A DNA stretch of 7,069 bases, from NCBI GenBank assembly GCA_054661495.1, contig BAAFSQ010000418.1:1-7069 (forward strand), written 5' to 3'. Positions 6,075 to 7,069 of the stretch are shown here, in pieces. The translations under genes and the position numbers were made by a program. This DNA is from Zygophlyctis sp. KS116 (Eukaryota; Fungi; Chytridiomycota). Under the pieces are notes generated by a model that saw only the letters and a list, made by a program, of their open reading frames with translations, ran no database searches and was not told the DNA's origin. Numbering within the stretch: position 1 is the stretch's first letter; every line of letters starts with the position of its first letter.

Positions 6075-7069
6075 ATGCTAATAATTCCCATTACATTCAT
6101 AGCATGCATCATTGCAGTTGATATTGACCCAGAGACATTAAGATCAGTTGCTCATTCATTCCAACAATCTGGAAGAATGTCCGGAAACCAGCATAATGCT
6201 CCATTGCTGGTCAATCTAGCTAATTCTAAAATTCCTCAGCATAACAGTATCCAACCAGCAGAGAGCTCAGATATTATACTTACGGAGGATATCCTTCAAT
6301 CCTTGACGTTTAGAGAAGCGATCAATGGAAAAGTAATGGAAGAACAGGAAATCATTAAATATTTTGCATCAAAGGACTATGAAAATGCCCAACTTAAGAC
6401 TGAAACATATCAAGCTATAATAGCATATATACTAAGAGATCTGTGGAATCAGGAAATACCTGACCAAAATAGGATTAATAATCTTGAATTATTGTTGGAC
6501 AGCGGTAATCTCGAAGGAGAGGTCACTTTTAGCGATTATAATCTTAATCGGATATTCAAATATGGAAAACTAAAACTTTTGAAATTTTTGATAGGAAAAA
6601 GTAATTTCTATCAGTTCAGAGATGTCAGATATATAACCTTTTTGGAGATAGATGAAAACCATCTCAGCTTGATTGTGAAATGGATTCTAATGCAGAATCC
6701 ATCTTTTGATAATTACAAGTTCTCGATTAGGGATTCAATTATAAGGGATAATATTTCAACTTTAGCTACTATCCTCAAAACTGCTGAAAATCGCCTTCTA
6801 AGCAATCATCTAGATATTTTAAGTTTCGCTTTAGCAAGTGCTTTCTTTTATAATCGTCCAGATTATGTGGATTATGTCTTATCAAAGGTTTCAGAAAGCT
6901 TTCAAAATCCATATAGTTCCGGTTGGTTTAGTGAAAAGTTTTTGAAGATGTATTCAAAGGCAAATTGGAATCCGACTGTTGAAAATTTAGATTATTTCTT
7001 CTCTCAGAAAGTATGGAATCCTAGAACAGTAGGCAGTATATTATTTGCAATGTCAAAAGCTTCAAATAC
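6075..7069 (+). CDS. Paralog 5 (3'-partial, absent from the ORF track): predicted secreted family member, at least 331 aa
   Basis: Manual translation from ATG 6075 is open to the window end: MLIIPITFIACIIAVDIDPETLRSVAHSFQQSGRMSGNQH...LTFREAINGKVM...YILRDLWNQEI...FKYGKLKLLKFL...WNPTVENLDYFFSQKVWNPRTVGSILFAMSKASN. It is collinear with copies 2 and 4. Confidence 0.9.
   Translation, partial: MLIIPITFIACIIAVDIDPETLRSVAHSFQQSGRMSGNQHNAPLLVNLANSKIPQHNSIQPAESSDIILTEDILQSLTFREAINGKVMEEQEIIKYFASKDYENAQLKTETYQAIIAYILRDLWNQEIPDQNRINNLELLLDSGNLEGEVTFSDYNLNRIFKYGKLKLLKFLIGKSNFYQFRDVRYITFLEIDENHLSLIVKWILMQNPSFDNYKFSIRDSIIRDNISTLATILKTAENRLLSNHLDILSFALASAFFYNRPDYVDYVLSKVSESFQNPYSSGWFSEKFLKMYSKANWNPTVENLDYFFSQKVWNPRTVGSILFAMSKASN

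Overview
AT-rich window filled by a head-to-tail tandem array of five paralogous genes on the + strand. Four are in the ORF track. A fifth, 6075..>7069, runs off the window and was translated by hand. Copies 2-5 start with a very short signal peptide and an invariant RMSGNQ motif. These are followed by a weak F-box-like segment, a variable middle region with degenerate ankyrin-like repeats, and a conserved WxPTV...WxPRT domain. Copies 1, 2 and 4 end in a basic NLS-like tail and an invariant GFGxxFHPVD-stop. Candidate 22-27 nt GT..AG introns upstream of the ATGs and AATAAA after each stop point to a compact eukaryotic genome using the standard code. A parasite or symbiont effector family is my inference; the taxon cannot be determined from this window. 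The copies are mosaics of near-identical blocks shared between different pairs. Copy 3 has an internal ~82-aa duplication and lacks the tail, and copy 1 lacks the N-terminal half. No RNA genes, CRISPR arrays or mobile elements are supported.
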